A stretch of 60,203 nt of DNA from an uncultured Fibrobacterota bacterium (lineage in GTDB: Bacteria; Fibrobacterota; OXYB2-FULL-49-7; CAYNYI01): positions 1-60,203 of the forward strand of contig CAYNYI010000003.1 of the NCBI GenBank assembly GCA_964401455.1, written 5' to 3'. Positions 28,322 to 37,855 of this stretch are shown here, piece by piece. The number at the start of each line of letters is the position of its first letter. The stretch's first letter is position 1. The notes below the pieces were generated by a model that did not search any database, was not told the origin of the DNA, and saw only the letters and a list, made by a program, of their open reading frames with translations. The position numbers and the translations under genes are program-made.

Positions 28322-30613
28322 CTATCGCATTAAAATCATTTTAGATTCAAGAAATTTTTCGCCTGTTTTTACACGGACGACATAAACTCCCGCCGGTACC
28401 CCTGATGCGTCCCAGGTGTAACGGTATTCACTGGAAGATTTTTGTGATAACCGGTCTCGACCGGCAACTACCTGCATACGCCCTCTCGAATCATATATCC
28501 TGAGCCGGGGGCCGGCGTCTGCGTATATACCGGAAACGGTTATGACCGCAGACGGATTAAAAGGATTCGGCGACACAGTAATCCCGGGCTTCAAAGAGGC
28601 GACCGATCCCGCCCCTGAGGCCTCTACGGCGGTCTGATCCGGAGTATTGTCTATTTGTTTTACCGGCATCTCTCCGTAAAAAACATTATCATCATCGGGA
28701 TCGAAATCATAGAAAGCAGATCTTCCATCCTTCGAGAAAGAAGCATACATGCTGTCAACGGGCCAGCGTCCCCAGGGTGTTCCTATGCAATTTCTGAAGT
28801 CCTCCCAATTAACTGCTGAGCCGTTTACAAGATATTCTGAAGGTTCAGGAGGAGTGATAGACAGGACATCCCCCAAACAGGAAGTGTATGTATATGTGTT
28901 TCCGGAAACTGACACTGCGTTATCCTTTACATCGGTCTTAAAAGCGGAAAAAGAAGCATGCCTGTCTGAATCGGAAACTTCCCAAATTGTGACAGGCCAT
29001 TGCTCCGTAAATTTTCGGATAGTACCGCCGCCCGCGGAAGTCTGATAACTATGAGATCCTGAAAATACACCTACGGCGGAGTAAACGTCTTTTCCGCTTT
29101 CAGATGAATTTCTGAAAAACATCCACCGGCTGTCGGAAAAATCCGTTTCATCCATTCCGCCCGAATAAAAAAGAAAGGCATACCCGTTATCGGAATCCCC
29201 TGATTCATTATTGAAATAATTCATAAGCGCGCAGTCCTCATGCAGAACCCCTCTGCACAATCCACGCGGCCGGTGCCCTTCGGGTTCTGGAGAAGGCAGC
29301 AAACCAATTACAATGCCATCTTCGGTTCCTCCGGGAGAGTTTATCCAGAGCCCTCCCGGAATATCTTCACGATTGGTGTTATTCCGGAGTCTGAAACCGA
29401 GCGCATAATCCGGCTTTATCCATGTAGCCTCCGGCATAAAGACATCAGGTTCTGTATCAACAGTCCCGAAGCATTCTCTTATAAAATAGCCTTCTTCCGG
29501 AAAGCTGTTTGCCATATCGGTAAAAATACGGGGAAATTCCGGATGTGACGGATTATACTCACCGGTTACAAGCGCGGCAGTACCCCAGGAGTCAAATCCG
29601 TATCCGAAACAAGAAGAAGGGTCATAGAACTGGTTATCGAAAAATAAATAGGAGTTTGCCTGTTCCGCCCAGTGGCTGCGGAGTTCGGTATAATGATTTT
29701 CATGACGCGCATGCGCTCCGGTATAAAGACCTCTGAGATTTTCCGAAGCATAATCGGCAAGTATCAAATCTGCCATCATCTCGGCGTATTTTTTTGCCCA
29801 TTCTTCATCAACGGCTTCTCTTATAATAAGCAGGTCTCCGAGGTGTCCCTGAGAATAGTGCGAGTCTTTTTCTCCGGGGCCGAACCGCAAATGGAAATTA
29901 ACCGGACCTGAATAGTTCCAATGCCCGAAGGCTGTAAGCCATTCCATAAATGCGTTTAAAAAATAATGATAGTAATCATCGATTGTCTCAGAACTGTTCT
30001 TTACATCAAAAGTACCGTCGGGGGCGGAATATGTTTCCCCCGAATAAATTTGAGACAGCAAAAGACCGCATGCTATCCACTGCAGTTTATGGTTCCATGT
30101 TCCTCCGGCTTCATACGGGGTAATGCCGCCCGGCCATGGGTTGTAATCGCCAAGTCCGAAATTGAAAGGATTGCTGTGAAACACAAGATCCTGGAAAAAC
30201 CTCATCGATTCATCCGGATTACCGTTTCCGTCAAGAAGCTGCTCTTTTGTTTCGGCATAAAGATAATCTGAATCTCTGTATTTAAAATAACCCCAAAGGT
30301 ATCCAAAAGCATCCATATGATGGATTTCGATATCACCGTCATTATCAATGCCTTTACATTCATTAACAATGCCCTGATTAGCTTCGGCTACAAGGGAGTG
30401 GTCCGCCGAAAGCCCGGTCATCTCGGCTTTTCGTATTTTCATGAACTCTCTAACAACTTTATATTGGTCATATCCGTGCGTAAAAGAAATTAGACCTTCT
30501 ATCCAGTTAAGCGAGCGTGCCTCCCACTGTGACGCTGAGCATTTGTCGTCTATGAGGTCGGCTCCGCATGAAAACGACCATACCGCGAGAAAGATCCATA
30601 ACTTTTTAATCAT
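28322..30613 (-). CDS. Large secreted protein with a FlgD-Ig/T9SS-type C-terminal sorting domain; catalytic part unassigned
   Basis: Signal peptide MIKKLWIFLAVWSFSCGA. The C-terminus VSPNPFNPSAVITVSG...RIYDSRGR...YTWDASGVPAGVYVVRVKTG...KMILMR is typical of T9SS-like CTDs. It ends with TAG. Confidence 0.75.
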   Translation of the reverse strand: MIKKLWIFLAVWSFSCGADLIDDKCSASQWEARSLNWIEGLISFTHGYDQYKVVREFMKIRKAEMTGLSADHSLVAEANQGIVNECKGIDNDGDIEIHHMDAFGYLWGYFKYRDSDYLYAETKEQLLDGNGNPDESMRFFQDLVFHSNPFNFGLGDYNPWPGGITPYEAGGTWNHKLQWIACGLLLSQIYSGETYSAPDGTFDVKNSSETIDDYYHYFLNAFMEWLTAFGHWNYSGPVNFHLRFGPGEKDSHYSQGHLGDLLIIREAVDEEWAKKYAEMMADLILADYASENLRGLYTGAHARHENHYTELRSHWAEQANSYLFFDNQFYDPSSCFGYGFDSWGTAALVTGEYNPSHPEFPRIFTDMANSFPEEGYFIRECFGTVDTEPDVFMPEATWIKPDYALGFRLRNNTNREDIPGGLWINSPGGTEDGIVIGLLPSPEPEGHRPRGLCRGVLHEDCALMNYFNNESGDSDNGYAFLFYSGGMDETDFSDSRWMFFRNSSESGKDVYSAVGVFSGSHSYQTSAGGGTIRKFTEQWPVTIWEVSDSDRHASFSAFKTDVKDNAVSVSGNTYTYTSCLGDVLSITPPEPSEYLVNGSAVNWEDFRNCIGTPWGRWPVDSMYASFSKDGRSAFYDFDPDDDNVFYGEMPVKQIDNTPDQTAVEASGAGSVASLKPGITVSPNPFNPSAVITVSGIYADAGPRLRIYDSRGRMQVVAGRDRLSQKSSSEYRYTWDASGVPAGVYVVRVKTGEKFLESKMILMR

Positions 30614-32559
30614 TTTATCAATACCATTCTTTTATTAAAACTGTGTCTTGAATTTCCGTTTAAACGAGTCTCTACAACGGCCATATAAACTCCTGCAGGC
30701 ATCCCGGCCGCATCCCAGATATAACTGCGGCGAACACCGGAGATTGCCCCGGCGGCTATATTCGGACGTGCCGCAATCCGGCCCCGTGAATCATATATGC
30801 AAAATTCCGGACTAACGCCGGCAGGTATCCCGGAGACTGTTATAACCGTAGAAGGATTAAAAGGGTTAGGACTGACATTTATTACAGCATCCCGGTTTGC
30901 ACGGTGTAAAGACTCTTTTATGTTAACACTTCCGCTCCCTGTTTCCACCGCGCCGATATCCCAGACGCTGCCAACACCGCGCAGGGTAGTAACAAAAGAA
31001 TCATTTACCGGCAAAGTTGAGAAATCCGTGCCCGGTATAAGCGCCGTACTGTCAAAACCGGATCCTGGATCCAGCCCCGCATCTATGAGCACAGAACCTG
31101 CCTGCGGTATAACATCGCTGAATGAGGGCGGCCCGGAAATATCTCTCCAGCCGGAAGACTTAGATAAAACAGGATCTCCTGTTACCATAGAATTGTCCCA
31201 GGGAAAAGGAACGGTCTCATTACCCCCGAAAAAATGATTATATTCTATCGTCCATGTGGAGCTGGTAGCGACATCCATATCCCAGACATATTGCGCGGAA
31301 AGGTCGTACATTATATAGGAATTATTAAAAATCCTTCCGTCCGCTACATCATTTTTATCTTTGAACCAAATTGGATAGTCGCAGTCAATAAAGGTATTAT
31401 TGTAGATATACAGCTTACCGTATTGTGCGGCCGCAGCTCCATCCTCGCAGCCCGTGCAGATATCCATACCCCTTTCGCGGCCGATTATTATGTTACCGTA
31501 ATAATGCTGCTCTCCGTTTCTGTTATCGCCGCCGTCATATTCGTCCATAATAAAAAAGCCCTGCCCCTTATATGGTTTATCGCCTGTTGGCCCTCCGTGA
31601 TATGACCGCCCCTCAGAAGTTGTGAAGATAAGGTTATGGCGTATATAAGCCAGTCCGAGGTCCCAGTATCTTGGCTGACAGTGGATAGCAGTAAAACGGG
31701 TATCACCTATCAGATTGAATTCTATTATTGTAGGAGTCGCACCGTTGTCATGGGGGCTACGGCCCGAACCGCTGGCAATACCCTCTCCAAAACTGTGGTG
31801 GACATAGTTATAACGCACCTGATTGCCCCATATTACAGGATATTGCCCCTCGGGCTGCTCAAGACCTATGGCGTTTCCCCATAAATCCTGATATCCGAAT
31901 TCATAAGCGCGCTGTACATAGGCCACTTCGTTATATTCAATAATATTTTCGCTTGTGCCATAGGCGTCGCCCGGCCCCTGATTATGGAGACCTCCACCTC
32001 CCAGTTGGTGAAAATAGCAATAACGAATTATATGCTTCCCGCTTCCCGAAAGAATACCAATACCGTTTGCAAAATGTCCAGTTATCTCAAGATTGTATAT
32101 TCTGGCACCGTCTGCCTGAAGAGAAATTATATTGTCGGTCTTATGTCTTCCGCCTCCTGAAAAACAATCGGTCGACCAGGAGGTAACAGGCCCTTGGAAA
32201 CATGGCTTATTACCTTCACCGTAAGCGTCAAAAAATACAGTACCTCTCTTTGTACGAATTACAGCGTCTTGGCTGGAGGACCATGAGGTTATTCTGGAAC
32301 CGGCGCCATTCGTAATAGGCGACGAAGCATCCCATTCGTCTCCACGGTCAAAATACAGATAAACGGTATCATCAGAAGCCATCGCGTCCAGTATATCCTG
32401 GACCTTGTTTAAAGAGCGGCACGGAGAACTTTCGGTACAAGGATTAGCATCGTCACCACGCGGATTCCCTGTATTATCATCTGAGAAATAATATTCTTTT
32501 AAAGAAGCGAATGAAGACCAGCTTATCATAAATAATAGGAATACAAATTTTCCTGACAT
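30610..32559 (-). CDS. Secreted right-handed beta-helix protein (pectate-lyase-fold-like) with a T9SS-type C-terminal domain
   Basis: Start chosen at MSGKFVFLLFMISWSSFA (32559), which has a GGGAGGA RBS; the track ORF extends to 32757. It shows periodic beta-helix-like repeats (NIIEYNEVAY, NYVHHSFGEGI, NLIFTT, YNNTFIDC). The CTD is VSPNPFNPSTVITVSG...IYDSRGR...YIWDAAGMPAGVYMAVV. It overlaps the next gene by ATGA. Confidence 0.75.
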   Translation of the reverse strand: MSGKFVFLLFMISWSSFASLKEYYFSDDNTGNPRGDDANPCTESSPCRSLNKVQDILDAMASDDTVYLYFDRGDEWDASSPITNGAGSRITSWSSSQDAVIRTKRGTVFFDAYGEGNKPCFQGPVTSWSTDCFSGGGRHKTDNIISLQADGARIYNLEITGHFANGIGILSGSGKHIIRYCYFHQLGGGGLHNQGPGDAYGTSENIIEYNEVAYVQRAYEFGYQDLWGNAIGLEQPEGQYPVIWGNQVRYNYVHHSFGEGIASGSGRSPHDNGATPTIIEFNLIGDTRFTAIHCQPRYWDLGLAYIRHNLIFTTSEGRSYHGGPTGDKPYKGQGFFIMDEYDGGDNRNGEQHYYGNIIIGRERGMDICTGCEDGAAAAQYGKLYIYNNTFIDCDYPIWFKDKNDVADGRIFNNSYIMYDLSAQYVWDMDVATSSTWTIEYNHFFGGNETVPFPWDNSMVTGDPVLSKSSGWRDISGPPSFSDVIPQAGSVLIDAGLDPGSGFDSTALIPGTDFSTLPVNDSFVTTLRGVGSVWDIGAVETGSGSVNIKESLHRANRDAVINVSPNPFNPSTVITVSGIPAGVSPEFCIYDSRGRIAARPNIAAGAISGVRRSYIWDAAGMPAGVYMAVVETRLNGNSRHSFNKRMVLIK

Positions 32560-32626
32560 AATTATCCTCCCGACAGATATTTTATTTTTCGGCCATCTAG
32601 CAGCACAGGCCGTATTTATATGAAAT

Positions 32627-32674
32627 ATTATACATAAATTTAGTGCAAATTTCGTGATAAATTGTAGAAATTTC
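32627..32674 (-). promoter_or_regulatory. Candidate promoter/operator of the T9SS-cargo operon
   Basis: Minus-strand TATAAT at 32627-32632, about 65 nt upstream of the ATG at 32559. GAAATTT direct repeats (plus-strand AAATTTC at 32647-32653 and 32668-32674) are spaced exactly 21 bp and overlap the -35 region. Confidence 0.3.
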
Positions 32675-32783
32675 ACTGATTTTTTCCGTGATCTGTTGAT
32701 CTTTAACGGAGATTTTATGGATTTCAGGGTTTTTGGCGGGTAAAAAATGCCAGGCACCTTTGGTGCAGCTACAGCAAAAATAT

Positions 32784-34814
32784 CTATACAATTTTCCTTC
32801 TCCGGTATTCAGAAGGGGTAAGCCCCTCCGATTTACGAAACTGCCGGACAAAATGCTCAAGAGTGCCGAAACCCGAATCAAATGCAATATCTGTAATTTT
32901 GCGGTCAGGATTTTTTAAAAGAAGCTCCTTAGCTTTTTCTATACGGACGCTGTTAACAAACTCATTCAGCTTGTACCCGGTTTCCTCTTTAAATATCCGG
33001 CTTAGATAATCGGAACTTAAACCAAACTCCTTCCCGATATTCTCGAGCACCATCTTTGCCTGGTCATGAACATTTTCTCTGATATAGTCCGCGATCCTCC
33101 TGGAGCGTTCCGGAAAAACGGGTTTCTCTGCCATTCTTCTCCTGATGCTGCTGTATAAAACCAGGGCCGTCCCTGCTAAAGCCGCAGCGCATAGAACAAA
33201 GACAAAAATAAAATACTTTTCGAAAAAGCCCCGGTCATCTATAAAAACGATATTACCCCATTCACTGGGATTTCCGCTGCCGGATTCTATTCCGCTCCAG
33301 CTGCTCATGGCCGCGTCCCCGTTCTGAGAATCAACATCAATTATCATCATATCAAAACCGCAGGACTTTCCTGCTGCCGCATTTTCGCCTATATATTCCC
33401 TGTCTATAGTAAAAAGTACAGAATAGCCCTTTTTATTTCTCTTAACAATCGTTTTAAAAAGGCTGTCCGGATTAAGATACCTCCTGTAAACCCCGTTTCT
33501 GTAATCCTGCTCAAGCGCGGCAAAAGTTCCGTTAACCGAAACCGTAAACTGCCTGTCTTTTTCTTCTTTTAATACATTATGATCGTGGTCGGGATCAAAA
33601 TAAAGGCAGACCGCGTCACCTTCCCATATATTGCCGTCCTGGGGTGGCGCAATAACATTTTCATCTTCTATACGAACTTTAATATATATACTGTCTTTAT
33701 CCCAACGGCTTTCAAAAAAGACTTTGTTGTTGCCGGAAATAAAACTCTCCCGCGTTTTTTCCGGGTTTTTCCTGTAGCAATAAAATTCCCGATTACTGAG
33801 CGACTTGTTTCTGTCTATGGCAATAAACTTTTGTTTTCCGCCTGCAAAAGAATTTACAAGGCCGGAAGAATCCTCAATATCGCAATGAAAAGATACATAC
33901 CAAGGATCCTGGTCAGGTATAGACGCACAGCTCCAGACAAACTCCCAGGGCGGATAATTTGCCTTTCCGATCAGGTGGTCCCCGACCTTATTCCAGTCTG
34001 AATCAAGAAAGCTTCCGTAGAAGCGGACCTCTTTTATATTCTTGCTTTCAACTTCCGCGGAAAGCATAACCCGGTCCGAATTTATTACGCTTGTAGATTT
34101 TGGAGAAATCATTCTGCCGGCCGGCAATTTCCGATACTCCGAAACTTTTTTTTCAAGTGAAGGTATACTGAGGTCCTTAAAGCGGGCTACCGCCTTATGG
34201 CGGCCGCTGCCCGAGACAAAGAAACCTGCCAGCGGTTTCTCATTACCCGAAATCATGCGGCATATACCGAGTAATTCTTTTTTTCCGCCGCTTCTTATAA
34301 CATAAGCTTCGGAAATCTTATCATATGATTTTATTTCAAGAACTAAAGGAAGATCATAACGTTTGCTGCCGCATATCAAGGCGTCTGCGGTTTCATCAAA
34401 TGCGGAATCAGGGTAACTGAAATATTTTTCGCCTATGGTCTTCTCATGGCTTTTTCCGCCGCGTTTTTCCCTGGAAAGGACCGTAAGTCCGCCCCGCGCT
34501 GTTATTGAAACATTTAAAAAGGCGGCCGAGTCTCCGGCTCCGGCTCTGTGCATAATCCCGCATGAAGAGTATTCACCCGGAAGACGAGCAGAGTCAATCC
34601 TCACAGACATAGAAAACGGGCGGGAGACTTCCGAAGCATAAAAAGCGAACTTGTCGGAGAAAATATTGTCTCTGAGATATCCGCCGGATTTAATCGAGAT
34701 TCCGTCGGGATCTTCCGATACCCGTGCCTCCAGATCATCGGAAGTTTCTATAAGGTCATAACTTCCGTAAGAAATAGAAAACAATGCTGCAATAATAAGT
34801 ATAAGAAAAACCAT
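32784..34814 (-). CDS. Membrane-spanning AraC/XylS-family transcriptional regulator with a large extracytoplasmic domain (CBM9-like module)
   Basis: N-terminal anchor MVFLILIIAALFSISYG. The ~530-aa outer part ends in a CBM9-like stretch (WDKDSIYIKVRIEDENV, WEGDAVCLYFDPDHD, GFDMMIIDVD, NPSEWGNIVF). A second TM, YFIFVFVLCAAALAGTALVLYSSI, is followed by RRR. The C-terminal AraC HTH reads GLSSDYLSRIFKEETG ... FGTLEHFVRQFRKSEGLTPSEYRR. It ends with TAG. Confidence 0.8.
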   Translation of the reverse strand: MVFLILIIAALFSISYGSYDLIETSDDLEARVSEDPDGISIKSGGYLRDNIFSDKFAFYASEVSRPFSMSVRIDSARLPGEYSSCGIMHRAGAGDSAAFLNVSITARGGLTVLSREKRGGKSHEKTIGEKYFSYPDSAFDETADALICGSKRYDLPLVLEIKSYDKISEAYVIRSGGKKELLGICRMISGNEKPLAGFFVSGSGRHKAVARFKDLSIPSLEKKVSEYRKLPAGRMISPKSTSVINSDRVMLSAEVESKNIKEVRFYGSFLDSDWNKVGDHLIGKANYPPWEFVWSCASIPDQDPWYVSFHCDIEDSSGLVNSFAGGKQKFIAIDRNKSLSNREFYCYRKNPEKTRESFISGNNKVFFESRWDKDSIYIKVRIEDENVIAPPQDGNIWEGDAVCLYFDPDHDHNVLKEEKDRQFTVSVNGTFAALEQDYRNGVYRRYLNPDSLFKTIVKRNKKGYSVLFTIDREYIGENAAAGKSCGFDMMIIDVDSQNGDAAMSSWSGIESGSGNPSEWGNIVFIDDRGFFEKYFIFVFVLCAAALAGTALVLYSSIRRRMAEKPVFPERSRRIADYIRENVHDQAKMVLENIGKEFGLSSDYLSRIFKEETGYKLNEFVNSVRIEKAKELLLKNPDRKITDIAFDSGFGTLEHFVRQFRKSEGLTPSEYRRRKIV

Positions 34815-34823
34815 ATTTATTAA

Positions 34824-35978
34824 TCAGACCACCTCACCTGCCCACAGCCTGTCTATGAATTCTTTCCAGGGCAGCAGCAGTATCTCTCCGGATTTTCTCG
34901 GAACTTTTTCATTACAGACTACAAAATTCTTAAGAGGCGCGTATTGCTTCTGGAAATACTTTATATTTCGCAGTTTGCTTTCGCTGACCTTTGCCCCGCT
35001 TTTTATTTCCAGGACCGTTTCCCCTTTCCCAAGCACAAAATCGATCTCCGAGCCCCCCCTTGTGCGCCAGTATGAAATATCCAAATCCTTTCCGGAATAT
35101 GAAGAGTAGGCTTTCAGTTCCATAAATATCAGATGCTCAAACGCCCGACCGAAATCAGTACCGGTCATATCCATTATCCTTCTTCCGGTGAGCGCGGAAA
35201 TAATTCCCGTATCAAAAAAATAAAACTTGGGAGATTTCAATACGGAATCACGTTTACCCTTTTTTGTATAAGGTTCGACCATGTATCCGAGCAAAGTATC
35301 CTGCAAAATAAGAAAATAATCTTTAACAGTTTTAGAATCGATACCGCAGTCACGCGCAATATTCGAATAGTTTACTACTTCCCCGTTACTGAAAGCTGCC
35401 GCATCGAGAAAATCGGTAAATGCCCGCATGTTTCTTACAGCTCCCTCAGAAATAATCTCTTCTTTCAGATAATCCTGAACATAAGACTTCAGAGAGCGGA
35501 TATAATTTTCTTCTGAATAATGTTCCGGTATTAAACCGGAATTTACTGCCTTTATAAGATCAGGAGAACCGAGTTCATTGAGAGTAAAGGGCATCATCTC
35601 ATAACGCCAGGCCCTCCCCCCAAGCATATTCGCATTACCATGCTTGAGTTTTCTGGCGCTAGAACCGCAGAGAATAAAACTCATCCCGGAGTTCTCAATG
35701 AGCCAGTGAACTTCGTCAAGAATCCCCTGCACTTTTTGTACTTCATCAAGTATTACCGGATTTTTTATTGCATTTCTCTCATTTTCAGCAGAAAGCTGTT
35801 CTCTCAGGAGCGAAGGAGCTTTGATGAAATCGAAAAGGAGATCTGTCTTAAGAAAATCATAATATATACTATCTTTAAAATTTTCTTTCAGATATGTTGA
35901 TTTCCCTGTCTTTCTCGGCCCCCATAAAAACGCTGATTTGCCCTGAGGAAGGACTATTTGGAGGTTTCTTTTTAACAT
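34824..35978 (-). CDS. AAA-family ATPase of the AAA_14/DUF4143 type
   Basis: Walker A LWGPRKTGKST, Walker B-like VILDEVQ, and a C-terminal DUF4143-like region. Start chosen at MLKRNLQ; the track ORF extends to 36080. Confidence 0.75.
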   Translation of the reverse strand: MLKRNLQIVLPQGKSAFLWGPRKTGKSTYLKENFKDSIYYDFLKTDLLFDFIKAPSLLREQLSAENERNAIKNPVILDEVQKVQGILDEVHWLIENSGMSFILCGSSARKLKHGNANMLGGRAWRYEMMPFTLNELGSPDLIKAVNSGLIPEHYSEENYIRSLKSYVQDYLKEEIISEGAVRNMRAFTDFLDAAAFSNGEVVNYSNIARDCGIDSKTVKDYFLILQDTLLGYMVEPYTKKGKRDSVLKSPKFYFFDTGIISALTGRRIMDMTGTDFGRAFEHLIFMELKAYSSYSGKDLDISYWRTRGGSEIDFVLGKGETVLEIKSGAKVSESKLRNIKYFQKQYAPLKNFVVCNEKVPRKSGEILLLPWKEFIDRLWAGEVV

Positions 35979-36064
35979 ATTCGGAATAGCAGTACGAATT
36001 TTACAATCATTTTCGGAGTAATAATACAAAATTAACATCCAAAACAAGAGAAAGTCAAGAAAAT

Positions 36065-36580
36065 TCAGATAATCGCACAAATATCATCAAAATCTTTGCG
36101 CTGCGGCCCCTGTTTTTTAATGTACCCGTCCCGCGGATACCCCAGCGGAGTTATCGCGAAAACCTTTTCTGATTCACTCAGCGATAATGCCCGTCTCAGT
36201 ATCGGTTCGTCAAATGCCGCGATCCAGCAGGTGCCGAGGCCCTCGTATTCCGCGGCAAGTATCATATGGTCCATGGCAATTGTAAGGTCAGTTTCCAAAG
36301 CGCAGTAACCGTCTGAACGGTTCCACGCTTTTTCTTCGTCTCCGACTGCTGCAAGTACCGCAGGAGCATCCCTGAACCAGGGTTTACCGTAACATTCTTT
36401 TACAGCGGCCAGTTTGTCCGGGCTTTTCACGGCCAAAAGCCTCCAGGGCTGACGATTAGCCGCGCTGGGGGCGAGTCTTCCGGCGTTGAGTATCCTCTTA
36501 AGAATTTCTTCATCTACTTTTCTTTCGGGGGCATAATCCCTAACGCTTCTTCTGTTTTTAATAAGATCGTAAAAATTCAT
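36065..36580 (-). CDS. Nitroreductase-family protein
   Basis: The family-typical N-terminus F.DLIKNRRSVRDY, plus LNAGRLAPSAANRQPW. Start chosen at MNFYDL, which has a GAGGAAAA RBS. Confidence 0.85.
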   Translation of the reverse strand: MNFYDLIKNRRSVRDYAPERKVDEEILKRILNAGRLAPSAANRQPWRLLAVKSPDKLAAVKECYGKPWFRDAPAVLAAVGDEEKAWNRSDGYCALETDLTIAMDHMILAAEYEGLGTCWIAAFDEPILRRALSLSESEKVFAITPLGYPRDGYIKKQGPQRKDFDDICAII

Positions 36581-36886
36581 AATGTTTTCCTCACTCAAAC
36601 TGCGGATAATAATAGCCCGCACAATAAACAGATAAAGGTTCCTCCTGTTGCGATGGCCTCCAGTACACCAAGCAGCCCACCGTATTTCAAGGATATCGTT
36701 TAGTCCGGATAATACCCTTCAAGACCGCCCGGTGCTTTCCCGGGTCCCTTACCACAGTGAATGATAAAAGTGATACCCCGTCATTGCGGGCACCGCGCTC
36801 TCCCCGGCCGCACATGAACTCTGCCGAAGGAATATCCAGTCGGCCTACCCTCCGCCTATTATGAAGATTTTGCTCCGCTCATTAAT

Positions 36887-37846
36887 TCAGTTTTTTTTGT
36901 CAACTTTTATTCTTACCGTCATGCCTTTCTCCGCTTTGCCTGAAATCAGTCTGCATCTGCTGAAGCCTGCGGCTTTAACAAGCTCCACCTTTATTTTTCC
37001 GGCCTCCTTCTCAGAATACCCGAGGACTTCCCCTGTTTCAGGGTCTTTCAGAGGATCTCCTTTCTCAAAGAGCCCAAAAACCTCTCCCGGGGCTATATTA
37101 TCACGGCTGCCGCTATTTATAAAGACGGCGCTGTCCTGTACATCCAGAACCACGGCATCACGGACAAAAACGGAAGCAGAGTAACCGGAATTTTCTTTAT
37201 TAGCAATGATCTCCTTATTTCCAACCGACTCCACGATAAAAGCAATGATCTTTTTGCACAATTCATTCATTGCATCGCCTGCGACCGTCTTTTTGAAAAT
37301 CTCCGAGCCGAATTTCTCTTTTTCAAGACTTATATATTTTTTGTTTTCTTCTGAAAGATCAGTGATAAAAACGGCTCGTCCTTTATGCCTTACTTCAGAC
37401 ACCTTGAAAGGTTTTAAAAACAGGCTGTCTGAATTGGTATCAAAAAGAAATAAAGTCCCTTCCAGAGAGGCCCGGTAATGCTCATAACCCGAATGAACAT
37501 ACGCCTTGAGGTCAACCTGATTTTTACCTATATAAAATTCATCAATAACAGCATAGAGTATCTTTGAAGAACTTAGATCATGCGCGATTTCCCGCAGTTT
37601 ATCTTTAGAATGATAATCTCCGGCGGACACAAGATTATCTTTAAGGTAGCGCGACGCCCTTTTATAGGGATTCATCTTGAATCCCGCGCTGTCCAGGCAT
37701 TTAGAGAGATATTCCGGCATATCGTCGGCAAGATCCCACGGTTTTTTAAAATCACTTCTGTTATCGAACCTCAGCAATACCGTTTCAGATTCCGAAACAG
37801 AAAACAGAAGAAGTAAAAAAAAAGCTGTAAAAACAAAAATTCTCAT
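36887..37846 (-). CDS. Hypothetical secreted protein
   Basis: Signal peptide MRIFVFTAFFLLLLFSVSES. No motif recognised with confidence. Confidence 0.55.
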   Translation of the reverse strand: MRIFVFTAFFLLLLFSVSESETVLLRFDNRSDFKKPWDLADDMPEYLSKCLDSAGFKMNPYKRASRYLKDNLVSAGDYHSKDKLREIAHDLSSSKILYAVIDEFYIGKNQVDLKAYVHSGYEHYRASLEGTLFLFDTNSDSLFLKPFKVSEVRHKGRAVFITDLSEENKKYISLEKEKFGSEIFKKTVAGDAMNELCKKIIAFIVESVGNKEIIANKENSGYSASVFVRDAVVLDVQDSAVFINSGSRDNIAPGEVFGLFEKGDPLKDPETGEVLGYSEKEAGKIKVELVKAAGFSRCRLISGKAEKGMTVRIKVDKKN

Positions 37847-37855
37847 GATATAAAT

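Noticed and set aside
32560-32757. Long N-terminal extensions offered by the ORF track. This case is 32757; others are 8240, 36080, 36622, 44459 and 47513.
   Set aside because: In each case an internal Met gives a canonical N-terminus (signal peptide, Rossmann motif or family start). That Met has an RBS and removes overlap with the upstream gene or terminator.
36623-36886. Assignment of the GC-rich spacer to a named riboswitch class (SAM-I, THF, cobalamin or FMN)
   Set aside because: Only short fragments resemble parts of those cores. The closing helices and remaining conserved boxes could not be found by eye, so it stays an unassigned element in the findings.
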